Below are positions 37,688 through 45,405 of a stretch of DNA of 64,000 nucleotides, in pieces. The notes beneath the pieces were generated by a model. It did no database searches, was not told the origin of the DNA, and saw nothing but the letters and a program-made list of their open reading frames with translations. Every line of letters begins with the position of its first letter. Within the stretch, counting starts at the first letter, position 1. The DNA is from a virus. Taxonomy: Duplodnaviria; Caudoviricetes. A program made the position numbers and the translations under genes. The stretch is taken from positions 10,991 through 74,990 of the IMG/VR virus record IMGVR_UViG_3300027914_001438; one strand, 5' to 3'.

Positions 37688-38011
37688 ATGTCCAAGAAAA
37701 ATTCAATTATGAGCACGACGCGCGAACGCTTTCTCGCGATGGATCCCCGGCACGCGCGCATATACTCGGCCAGAAACGCGCTGCGTAAACCCCTGAAGGA
37801 TGCCAAGATGCAGGCGATGGAAAACGCCATGCGCTCGCCGTCGAAAGACTGGCCGAGTAGGGAAATTAAGTGGGCCGACTTGGTTGGAAGCGCCGCGTCG
37901 ACTATGCGGACAAAAGCAACGTCAGCCGCTTCTGCCAAGGAGTACATGAAATCGAAGGACAGAAACATGACGCAACTGGCGGCCGCAAAACGTAAGCCGC
38001 TGAAGAAATAA
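37688..38011 (+). CDS. Basic hypothetical protein carrying a 14-aa copy of a resolvase segment
   Basis: AAGGGG SD; contains SAKEYMKSKDRNMT, identical to the RuvC-like protein. Confidence 0.55.
   Translation: MSKKNSIMSTTRERFLAMDPRHARIYSARNALRKPLKDAKMQAMENAMRSPSKDWPSREIKWADLVGSAASTMRTKATSAASAKEYMKSKDRNMTQLAAAKRKPLKK
37930..37974 (+). repeat. 45-bp perfect repeat, copy 1 (inverted relative to 42838-42882)
   Basis: TTCTGCCAAGGAGTACATGAAATCGAAGGACAGAAACATGACGCA; checked base by base. Confidence 0.95.
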
Positions 38012-38038
38012 AACACAACAAATCTGTTGTGTTTTTAT
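38008..38038. terminator. Bidirectional terminator at the junction of convergent + and - modules
   Basis: AAAACACAACA-AATC-TGTTGTGTTTT perfect stem flanked by A and T tracts. Confidence 0.7.
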
Positions 38039-38062
38039 ACGCAAGTTCCCGTTTGCAAACGG

Positions 38063-38278
38063 CTACGCTTTGCGAGGCCACATGCTACCGCAGTCTGGAC
38101 ACTTCCACATCACCGTACGGTCGGAAGCTATGTCGTAGATGCCTATCTCCCGGCCGAAGTGATCGCAGCCGAATACATGCTGCGACTTCCTCGGTATCGG
38201 GTCTCCGCGCAGACTGACGCCGCAGTGCGGGCAGAAGTAATCCTCTACGTGCCTTATCTTAAAGGTCACTGGTTTCAT
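38063..38278 (-). CDS. Small Zn-ribbon protein (71 aa)
   Basis: CPHC...CPDC; start reassigned to MKPV after a GAGGAG SD. Confidence 0.65.
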   Translation of the reverse strand: MKPVTFKIRHVEDYFCPHCGVSLRGDPIPRKSQHVFGCDHFGREIGIYDIASDRTVMWKCPDCGSMWPRKA

Positions 38279-38297
38279 TTCTCTCCTCTCAAATTGA

Positions 38298-38486
38298 AGC
38301 TGGCAGGCCAGGTCGCTGCGGTGCCCGGTGCCGACGCCGACTTTCAGAAGTCCGGAATCCTCGGAGCATAATGCGCGTGCTTTCGCAGAGGCGTGCCAGG
38401 GAGACATCCTGCTTTCTGATAATTGCTCGGCCAACACTGACTCCGGGCTACGGTCTTATGCCGCCCGCCCCTCGCTGCTGCCAGCT
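38298..38486 (-). ncRNA. Candidate structured RNA (~189 nt), family unassigned
   Basis: Non-coding gap closed by a perfect 9-bp AGCTGGCAG/CTGCCAGCT helix, with further long-range helices and a GAAA tetraloop. Confidence 0.4.
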
Positions 38487-38495
38487 ATTCTTATT

Positions 38496-38744
38496 TCAAT
38501 CTTCCTCCGGTACAATAATACTCGCGAAGCCGGGCTCCGCGATATTTCCGCGGTACTCAAAAGGCGTCTTATGCGGATTCTTCCCCGCCAGATAGGCGCA
38601 CAGCGTCGGGCCCGTCATGACATTCGGCGCCTCCCCGGTGCCCATGCTGACCAGGGTGAAGCGGTTGAAGTCACCGGACGCCCGCGCCACGAGCCTCGGG
38701 GTGTCGTTCGGAAGGGCCCAGAGATCGAGCAGGTAGACCTTCAT
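38496..38744 (-). CDS. Hypothetical protein
   Basis: AGGAG SD; ATGA overlap with the upstream gene. Confidence 0.6.
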   Translation of the reverse strand: MKVYLLDLWALPNDTPRLVARASGDFNRFTLVSMGTGEAPNVMTGPTLCAYLAGKNPHKTPFEYRGNIAEPGFASIIVPEED

Positions 38745-39058
38745 GGTGTCTCCTTTTCCATTTTCTTCCACGCTTCCCGAACCATCTCCCAGGACTCCCG
38801 GTCGCAGTCGTGGCCCAGTGCCTTGTGTTCCCGCCCTTCAGCGCGATCGTTATCGTCGCGGTGAAACTCGCCCTCGAGGTCGCGCTGGATCACAGTCCTC
38901 GTGTGCTCCGGTATCGTGGGCCACGCCTCCGCCAGCTCACGAGCAAACGCGCAAGTGGCGATCGTCATACGCCCGGTGAAGTAACGCACCGCCGCGATCA
39001 GCAGCATGTGCGGGTCGAAGGCGTCCAGATGTTTATTGGTTCTCTTTTTCATCTTCAT
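38741..39058 (-). CDS. Hypothetical protein (105 aa)
   Basis: Coupled ORF in the - strand operon. Confidence 0.65.
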   Translation of the reverse strand: MKMKKRTNKHLDAFDPHMLLIAAVRYFTGRMTIATCAFARELAEAWPTIPEHTRTVIQRDLEGEFHRDDNDRAEGREHKALGHDCDRESWEMVREAWKKMEKETP

Positions 39059-39246
39059 TCCCCTTTAATTTCTTGCCACACCGGGATCCCCACGGAGCTC
39101 AGTACCAGGACGAAAGCTTCAACGAAGGCCGCGCCCTCACCGCGCGCAAAAGGCGCCCCGGACAGCCACCACAGCCAGATAGCCAAAGCGTGGAGGACGA
39201 GCGAGAAAGCAATCAAGAACAAGGTGGCGGGCAGAAACTTTTTCAT
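39055..39246 (-). CDS. Small two-TM membrane protein
   Basis: Two hydrophobic segments in 63 aa. Confidence 0.6.
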   Translation of the reverse strand: MKKFLPATLFLIAFSLVLHALAIWLWWLSGAPFARGEGAAFVEAFVLVLSSVGIPVWQEIKGE

Positions 39247-39644
39247 GGCTGCACTCCTTTCCCATATCGTTTCTCATCGCCCGGCATCAGTTCAAACAAT
39301 CCCTCCCGGACAGAGCCCATGCTGCATCCGACGAGGTCGGCGATCAAGTCTCCCTCGTCCAGGCCGTAGCGGGACAGGGTCTCCGCCAGATCCCCGAGGG
39401 CGTAGAAGGCGCGCTTCAAAGCTATCGTCACGTCCTCGGGCGTCCTGACTCCCACGTCCCCGAACTCCTTGTCCACCCCTTTCATGAAGGCCCCGAGGGG
39501 GCAGGTCAGCATGCGGCCTATCTTCGTGTCGTGGGCCGGGTAGGCGAGACTGTACAGCCCGTAGCTGACGCGGACGTGCTTGCGCTTGTCCTCGGGCAGG
39601 TCAAGGCTGTCTATCGCTGCCATCGGTGTGTCGTAGGGTTCCAT
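39243..39644 (-). CDS. Hypothetical protein (133 aa)
   Basis: Coupled ORF. Confidence 0.6.
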   Translation of the reverse strand: MEPYDTPMAAIDSLDLPEDKRKHVRVSYGLYSLAYPAHDTKIGRMLTCPLGAFMKGVDKEFGDVGVRTPEDVTIALKRAFYALGDLAETLSRYGLDEGDLIADLVGCSMGSVREGLFELMPGDEKRYGKGVQP

Positions 39645-40849
39645 TACTTTTTCTCCCAGGGAAGTTTGTCACATACGAATCCGGCGGCGCCTTTGTGCCC
39701 GCCGCCACCAAACGTCTTCGCGACGGCGCCGCAGTCGATCTCGGGTTTCGTGCTGTAGAGACTGACCTTCCATACGAGCCGCGTTCCGTCTCGCGGGTAC
39801 TCTGTTACGGTAAAGCTCATCGGGGGAACCGCCCCCGTACAAACAGCGTGCTCCCGCGTAGACCCCGGAAGGCTAACCTTCTGTGTGATCCGGCAATATG
39901 CGCACATTACGTCGTGCTTTTCGGGGTCGTAGAACCCATCGAAGAAGTTGCTGTTGAAGACGATCGTGTTGCAGGCGAGGACCCGGTACGACGGCATCAC
40001 TGCGTTCGGTACTCTTTCGCACTTCCCGGCATCAAGTTTGAACTTCATGCCCATCGGCTGGATCAGGACCGTGTTTCCGTCTTTATCCGTTTCCGTCCGC
40101 AGCTGGAGTTCCGGGTCCGGCATCGTCCATACGAACTCATGCGCCCCAGCTTCACAGGCACGGCGGTTCACTTCCGCCTGGTAGCGGAGGATCGCGGCGC
40201 CGCGGACGATAGCGTGGTCTTTCCACGGTCGCTCATCATAGGCTTCCATAGACAAGGAATACCCGTTCACCCCAAACAGGAATGGCCACAGTTCGGACGC
40301 CGGGTCGTACGCCCCGTCTTCTGCCCGGATAGCATACTGAAACGGCAAGATCCGCTCGTCCCACTCCGGATCGTCCTGGCGCCAGGAGTCGTAGGCTCCG
40401 AGGAGGCGGACGGCTTCGGGAAGCGACGTAACACTGCTGCCCTCTGGATTAGAAAACCACGCCCACGCCAACTCACACGCAGCATAGCGCGCATCTCGCA
40501 TCCCCGGCAACGCGTTACCGAGCGCCTCGATGGCCGTCTTGTGGTGGTCAATCCAGCACAGGTCCGAGCACCCGGCCAGCCGCTTCATGTCCTCGGGCGG
40601 CAGGGAGAAGTCGACCATGTAGACTGTGCGCTTCACCAGGTCGTGCCTAAAACCCTTTGCTTCAAATTCTTCCTGGGTGAGATTTTCTTCGGGCCACGGC
40701 TCTGCTACCCCCCAAGGAAACTCCTGCCCATAGTCAATCCCGTACAACTCGCAGTCCGGGACGAAGTGCTTCACGATCGCGCCGGAGCAGACTCCGTCGA
40801 GGTCGGCTTTGTGATAAAAACATATTGGGTTCATATTATTCTTACCCAC
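39644..40849 (-). CDS. DHH/DHHA1 family phosphoesterase
   Basis: YHKADLDG, MVDFS, WIDHH, LGAYD and GGGHKGAAGF motifs. Confidence 0.9.
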   Translation of the reverse strand: MGKNNMNPICFYHKADLDGVCSGAIVKHFVPDCELYGIDYGQEFPWGVAEPWPEENLTQEEFEAKGFRHDLVKRTVYMVDFSLPPEDMKRLAGCSDLCWIDHHKTAIEALGNALPGMRDARYAACELAWAWFSNPEGSSVTSLPEAVRLLGAYDSWRQDDPEWDERILPFQYAIRAEDGAYDPASELWPFLFGVNGYSLSMEAYDERPWKDHAIVRGAAILRYQAEVNRRACEAGAHEFVWTMPDPELQLRTETDKDGNTVLIQPMGMKFKLDAGKCERVPNAVMPSYRVLACNTIVFNSNFFDGFYDPEKHDVMCAYCRITQKVSLPGSTREHAVCTGAVPPMSFTVTEYPRDGTRLVWKVSLYSTKPEIDCGAVAKTFGGGGHKGAAGFVCDKLPWEKK

Positions 40850-40968
40850 TGCAAAACAAATGCCCAGTCTCCACTCATTTCTTCTTCTCCTTTTTCTTCT
40901 TCCTTTTAATCAAATCCCAGCCCTCGCGATACTTCGCGTAGTTGGTTCCCTTGCGCCACTTGTCACCC

Positions 40969-41190
40969 TTACCGGCCATCTTTGCCTCTCATGTAACAGC
41001 GCACCACAGTCCCCCGCTCTGGAGGCCACTTGCCGTCGATCTCGGGCTCCCACAATTTAGCAACGAAGCCGAACGCTTCAAGGCCCATGTCTTCCAGCGG
41101 CACGCCCTCTTCGTTTTTCAACTGGTCTTCTATGTCTTCGGGCAATTCTTTCAGTCTCTCCCGATCATACGAAAATGCTTTCGTCATCAT
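40969..41190 (-). CDS. Hypothetical protein (73 aa)
   Basis: AAGGAG SD. Confidence 0.6.
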   Translation of the reverse strand: MMTKAFSYDRERLKELPEDIEDQLKNEEGVPLEDMGLEAFGFVAKLWEPEIDGKWPPERGTVVRCYMRGKDGR

Positions 41191-41401
41191 AACAGTTCTC
41201 CTTTCTCTTCGTTTACCCTATCTATTGGAAATATAACAACGCCATCCTTGCCTAAAAGACCGAGTTTGTCAAGCTCATTCGTAACCGCCCCAGCCCTATT
41301 TCTAGCTTGGTTGTCTTCGTACCACAACGGACGCAGATTAGAAAGCAGCACAATTCTCCGCGTTCGTTGAGCTTTTTCTTTACTCGTGGATCAACAATAA
41401 A
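41187..41401 (-). pseudogene. Frameshifted C-terminal remnant of an HNH endonuclease paralogous to 2625-3539
   Basis: Translates FIVD/[frameshift]/TSKEKAQRTRRIVLLSNLRPLWYEDNQAR...LDKLGLLGKDGVVIFPIDR, versus FAIVDLNNQEVQRKIVHHSNLRPLWFDDNQTR...LVELGLIEDDGSIIFPIDK in the intact gene. Confidence 0.8.
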
Positions 41402-41559
41402 AGTAGTGCCCGCCGAGGCTGATACGGGTGGAACGTCGACGCAGCTCGCGCCTATGATAACCCCCTCGGCGGGCTTTACCACACTGTTTAAACTATCGTA
41501 CATAGAAACGTCCCTTCGACTGGTATCAGCCAGCTACTCATATAATACCCGGTCGTTGG

Positions 41560-42207
41560 TTATGAGTCAAGTCCATCGACATCTATTGGCTTAATAACTT
41601 TTGCGTCGTCACCCGGGTTCTGGTGCACTGAGAACTGAAGTGACACCAGCGGCTTCTTTCCTCCGGTATTCGCGAGTACCAGCCCCCCGCCGGAATCCCC
41701 GGTCAGCCCCGTCAAAGCCACCGCGCGAGCCCCAACACCAGAGGAAGCGGATAGAGTCTCGCTCAGCGATCGGAACAAAGACGCTACCTCCTTGAGTGGC
41801 TTCACTGATGCGGACAGTTCTTCGGGCGTCTTAGTTGCGGCAGTCTTCAGAATACCTTCGACGGCTTCATTTATTTGGTTAGATATTCGAAGATGCTGCG
41901 CTGCGGTCGTTGTGCGATTGTCCAGAAGGAACTTGGTATAAGCCGCCAATTCCTCCTGCTGCACCTGCTGAATGATCTCGGATTTTTTCTTGTCCAGCCC
42001 GAAGCGCTTGATAGCCGTCCGCACCTCTTTTGTGGACAGACCCAGGTCAATGGCGATCGAGTCCACCTTCTTGTCCGTGTGAATGTACTCGTGAGAAATC
42101 TTCGCCAGGGTGTCCGCGCCTATTCCGTCCACAGGCTCGGGCAAGGTCGGCGCAACGCCCCCGGGTGGATCAATTACAAGCGCTACGGGCTGGTCAAGTT
42201 TGTCCAT
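41560..42207 (-). CDS. Hypothetical protein with N-terminal HTH-like segment
   Basis: VDSIAIDLGLSTKEVRTAIKRF; terminase-small-like architecture possible but unproven. Confidence 0.55.
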   Translation of the reverse strand: MDKLDQPVALVIDPPGGVAPTLPEPVDGIGADTLAKISHEYIHTDKKVDSIAIDLGLSTKEVRTAIKRFGLDKKKSEIIQQVQQEELAAYTKFLLDNRTTTAAQHLRISNQINEAVEGILKTAATKTPEELSASVKPLKEVASLFRSLSETLSASSGVGARAVALTGLTGDSGGGLVLANTGGKKPLVSLQFSVHQNPGDDAKVIKPIDVDGLDS

Positions 42208-42208
42208 G

Positions 42209-42439
42209 TTACAGGTCCTTCAGTTCAGTGGTCTGCACTTTCTTTATTTCGCCTACGTACATAACTTTCACAAACACGTACACGCCGTCAAGCTGCGCGT
42301 TTTTCTTAAGCCAGTTCTTCAGCTCACGCGCCGAGTAACCTACAAACGGATCTACACCTGACACCGGCACGAGCTTGCCGTCCTCTACCGAGTACAGCAC
42401 TACCGGTTTGGGTTCTTTTGTTTTTGCTTCGTCAGTCAT
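42209..42439 (-). CDS. Hypothetical protein (76 aa)
   Basis: Coupled ORF with SD. Confidence 0.6.
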   Translation of the reverse strand: MTDEAKTKEPKPVVLYSVEDGKLVPVSGVDPFVGYSARELKNWLKKNAQLDGVYVFVKVMYVGEIKKVQTTELKDL

Positions 42440-42986
42440 TGTCGCTCTCCTTCTCGAGTTGTTTCTTCTCGGCTTCTTCTTTTAGCACCGTAGCCCTAAG
42501 CCGGCGGGCCATGTGCAAACCATCAGCATCCCCATGCTTCTTCATCAGTTCAGCATGCTCAGGAAAATTTGTCAAACCTATTTTTAAACTTTTTTGCTTC
42601 GATTCCCCCTTGTCAAAGTCCCCAAGTTCCTCGTGCTGCCAGTCACGTGAGTCCCACGTAGCGTAGAGGTCCAGCTTCAGGGACCGCAGGGCGGCCAACA
42701 AAACTTCATGCGCCCGCACCCCGCTCATCGTAGCTTTGAACATCCTCGGATTTACAAACGGACGCTCAGTCACTATGACCAGCGGACCTTGGTCGCTTAG
42801 GGACTTGAGGATTTTGCATAACTGGTCGTAGTCCACATGCGTCATGTTTCTGTCCTTCGATTTCATGTACTCCTTGGCAGAATAAGTTGGCACCTTCATA
42901 AAGAAAGACCACTCGTTGGTTTCATCCACCGCACCAAGCGTCCCCGTTACTCCGTTGTCTATCGCACAGAATATTCTGCCACTCAC
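42432..42986 (-). CDS. RuvC-like Holliday junction resolvase
   Basis: CAIDNGVTG, VTERP and DADGL acidic motifs in RuvC order. Confidence 0.75.
   Translation of the reverse strand: MSGRIFCAIDNGVTGTLGAVDETNEWSFFMKVPTYSAKEYMKSKDRNMTHVDYDQLCKILKSLSDQGPLVIVTERPFVNPRMFKATMSGVRAHEVLLAALRSLKLDLYATWDSRDWQHEELGDFDKGESKQKSLKIGLTNFPEHAELMKKHGDADGLHMARRLRATVLKEEAEKKQLEKESDND
42838..42882 (-). repeat. 45-bp perfect repeat, copy 2 (inside resolvase gene)
   Basis: Exact reverse complement of 37930-37974. Confidence 0.95.
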
Positions 42987-43219
42987 ATGTAACCGCCTTC
43001 CCTCGCAAAATCCTCGCAGTCGAACAGATCATTGCACCCGCTCTCCATATGGACCGTGCTTGCGTATACCCTTGCCACGTATTCGCCCAACACTATCGGC
43101 TCCTCGTAGTCCTTGTCTCCCCAGCCGTCGGCGTCGAGGATGCGTACTTCCAACATCCGGCCCCAAACTTCTGGTTTCAGTTTCAACTCGTTCAACGCGT
43201 CATACATAGCCCGCCTCAT
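42983..43219 (-). CDS. Hypothetical protein (78 aa)
   Basis: Start reassigned to MRRAM after a GAGGAGG SD; ATGA overlap with the primase stop. Confidence 0.55.
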   Translation of the reverse strand: MRRAMYDALNELKLKPEVWGRMLEVRILDADGWGDKDYEEPIVLGEYVARVYASTVHMESGCNDLFDCEDFAREGGYM

Positions 43220-45396
43220 AATTCGACCTCCTCTCCCTGGTCGTGGAATAAAATCCAGTCGACCGGTGCTCCGTATCCTTTGCGATCGGCCGCCATCCTC
43301 ACCGCCCCGCGATTGCGAACCTGGCCCAAAATCGTTTGGAACGATCGCACGGTCTTGAATTCGCGCAGAAGCTGCGGATTGACCATGCTCATGGCGTTGT
43401 ATAATTCGGACGACGTGCCCCGCCACTGCGACCGCTTGCCTGCACACGAGTTCTTGTCCAATTCTATGAACTCTCTCAAGAATTCCGTGAGCAGACCGCT
43501 GAGCCCCTGTTGTTGCGCCGCGCTGAACAGTTCGGGGTGATGGAAGTGCTCTGTTCCGAACCGCTTCACCACCGCCTGCGTGTACTCCGGCGGCTTCCAG
43601 TCAAGAAGGAACCGGCCGAAGAACGGCAGCTCTCGGGCCAGCGCTTTATCTATCTGGTGCCTCTCCGGGAACGGGTACTGAACATCGGAGGTTTTAAACA
43701 GACTCACCTTCTCACGATTGCTGATATCCATGTTGGGCAGAATCTGCAGCGACTCGGAGTCGTCGTTACAAGAGACGATGATCCGCCCGAACCACGGCAC
43801 GTCCCCCTCCTTGCTGAACTTCTGGTTTAATCGCATCGTCCCGTTAGCTGAATACTTCTTTATCAGGTTGGAGAAGTTATCCTTCTTGCGGTTGTCGGCT
43901 GTCGCAAGCCCGTCACCGATATAGATGACCGGAGACTCGGCGATGTTGGCTGTCCAGCGGGAGTTCTCGACGAAGTGGTCTGTTCCGTCTTCACAGCCAC
44001 CCATCAATCCCCCGATGATGCCGTCACTGAGCAAGCTCTTGCCTTTGTTAGGCGGGCCGGCAATCACTATTACCTGTCCCTGCGTGGGCCTGCACTCCAG
44101 TCCGCTTATATAGAACTGACGCAACCAGGCGAACAGGTGTATGCGCTGGTTGTACTTGTCCTCTCCGTCGTCGTCAGTAAAAAAGGAATCCATCACACCC
44201 TTTATGAGAGGGAAGTGCGCATTGCCATCTTCCCAGGACATCGGAGCGCCGAGCGGCGGCGCGGGTTGGACCGGCTCTGGCGCTCCCATGTTGAGGAACT
44301 TCCGCCCCCGCCACGTTGTCACGCCTTTCGGAAAATGAACCAGCTTTCTCGCGTACTCGACTCGGCGCTGCTCCTTCACCATAATCTCTGCCAGATCGAG
44401 TTCGGAGCACGTCGCCCCCTTCGATTTGCCGGGATCAAAGCCCTTGGTGCGCAGCTTCTGACTGAAGTCGCCCTTCTCCCACTCAACCCATTTGCCGCTC
44501 TCGTTCTTCGTATAGAAGCGAAGACCGTCGTAGTAGGTATTCTCCAGGAGCTCCTGTGTCTTTGAAGCAGCGAACCTGGCCACGAACTTCGGGCCGAAGA
44601 TGTCGAGCCAGGATCTGAATGCCTGCTCGCCGGAGTAAGCCATCATACCATCGGACCTTACCTGCGCACCGGAGTCGTTGTCGGCGGTGGGGTCCCAAAA
44701 ACGAACACCGCGAGCGCCTACTTGGAACGGGCCTTTCCAGCGTCCCGGGAATTGCTCGTGGACCTCCCGCTCGACAGCATCCAAAGGTATGTCATACCGC
44801 TTGAATTCATGCCATAGCTGGGCGTCTCTCATTGATTCCCACAGCCAATAAATCAATGTGGCGTGCGGGATCTTTGTTGCTCCGAGTTGTACAAAGTCAG
44901 AACCAACTTCATAATACTGGCTAACGTTTGCAGTAGCGCCCGCGTCGAAGCCGGGCAACCAGTTCTGGAGCTTCATCTCCTTAATGAACCGCTCGGCGAA
45001 TTTCTTCATGAATATGCCGGACTGGACAGTGACCGGCTTTTCAAATTCCCAGTACAACTTGGCGCCTTTACGGAAGGACACAGAGCCCCAGTTAGGTATG
45101 TGCTCACCGGCCGGCTTGGTAACCAGCTCCCTCAGCTTGTCGGTTGTACAACTCCTGAAGTCGTAGTCGACGATCAGCCCGTGCATCTTCACTGGCGGAT
45201 TCTCTTTTGCCACGCGGATCAGGGGACTCAGCCCCTCGAATGCAGACACGAACATGTGCTGCGTAGCCGGATCAAGTGTCCAGCGTTTATAATCTTCCTT
45301 CGACACAACATTGTCTGGGACTCTAAGGCCGTGGTCCCACGGTTTCTCGATCTCATGTACGGAAGAAGAAGACAGATTCTTTACGTAAAAGAACAT
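43216..45396 (-). CDS. Primase-helicase (AEP-like N-terminus plus SF3/DUF5906-like helicase)
   Basis: GLIVDYD (DxD); Walker A IAGPPNKGKS; later IIVSCN. Confidence 0.8.
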   Translation of the reverse strand: MFFYVKNLSSSSVHEIEKPWDHGLRVPDNVVSKEDYKRWTLDPATQHMFVSAFEGLSPLIRVAKENPPVKMHGLIVDYDFRSCTTDKLRELVTKPAGEHIPNWGSVSFRKGAKLYWEFEKPVTVQSGIFMKKFAERFIKEMKLQNWLPGFDAGATANVSQYYEVGSDFVQLGATKIPHATLIYWLWESMRDAQLWHEFKRYDIPLDAVEREVHEQFPGRWKGPFQVGARGVRFWDPTADNDSGAQVRSDGMMAYSGEQAFRSWLDIFGPKFVARFAASKTQELLENTYYDGLRFYTKNESGKWVEWEKGDFSQKLRTKGFDPGKSKGATCSELDLAEIMVKEQRRVEYARKLVHFPKGVTTWRGRKFLNMGAPEPVQPAPPLGAPMSWEDGNAHFPLIKGVMDSFFTDDDGEDKYNQRIHLFAWLRQFYISGLECRPTQGQVIVIAGPPNKGKSLLSDGIIGGLMGGCEDGTDHFVENSRWTANIAESPVIYIGDGLATADNRKKDNFSNLIKKYSANGTMRLNQKFSKEGDVPWFGRIIVSCNDDSESLQILPNMDISNREKVSLFKTSDVQYPFPERHQIDKALARELPFFGRFLLDWKPPEYTQAVVKRFGTEHFHHPELFSAAQQQGLSGLLTEFLREFIELDKNSCAGKRSQWRGTSSELYNAMSMVNPQLLREFKTVRSFQTILGQVRNRGAVRMAADRKGYGAPVDWILFHDQGEEVEL

Positions 45397-45405
45397 AGCG
45401 CCTCC

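Noticed and set aside
41252-41503. 83-aa ORF
   Set aside because: Mostly an off-frame reading of the decayed HNH remnant.
41560-42207. Firm terminase small subunit call
   Set aside because: Only an HTH-like segment supports it, and the gene lies in the replication module on the opposite strand.
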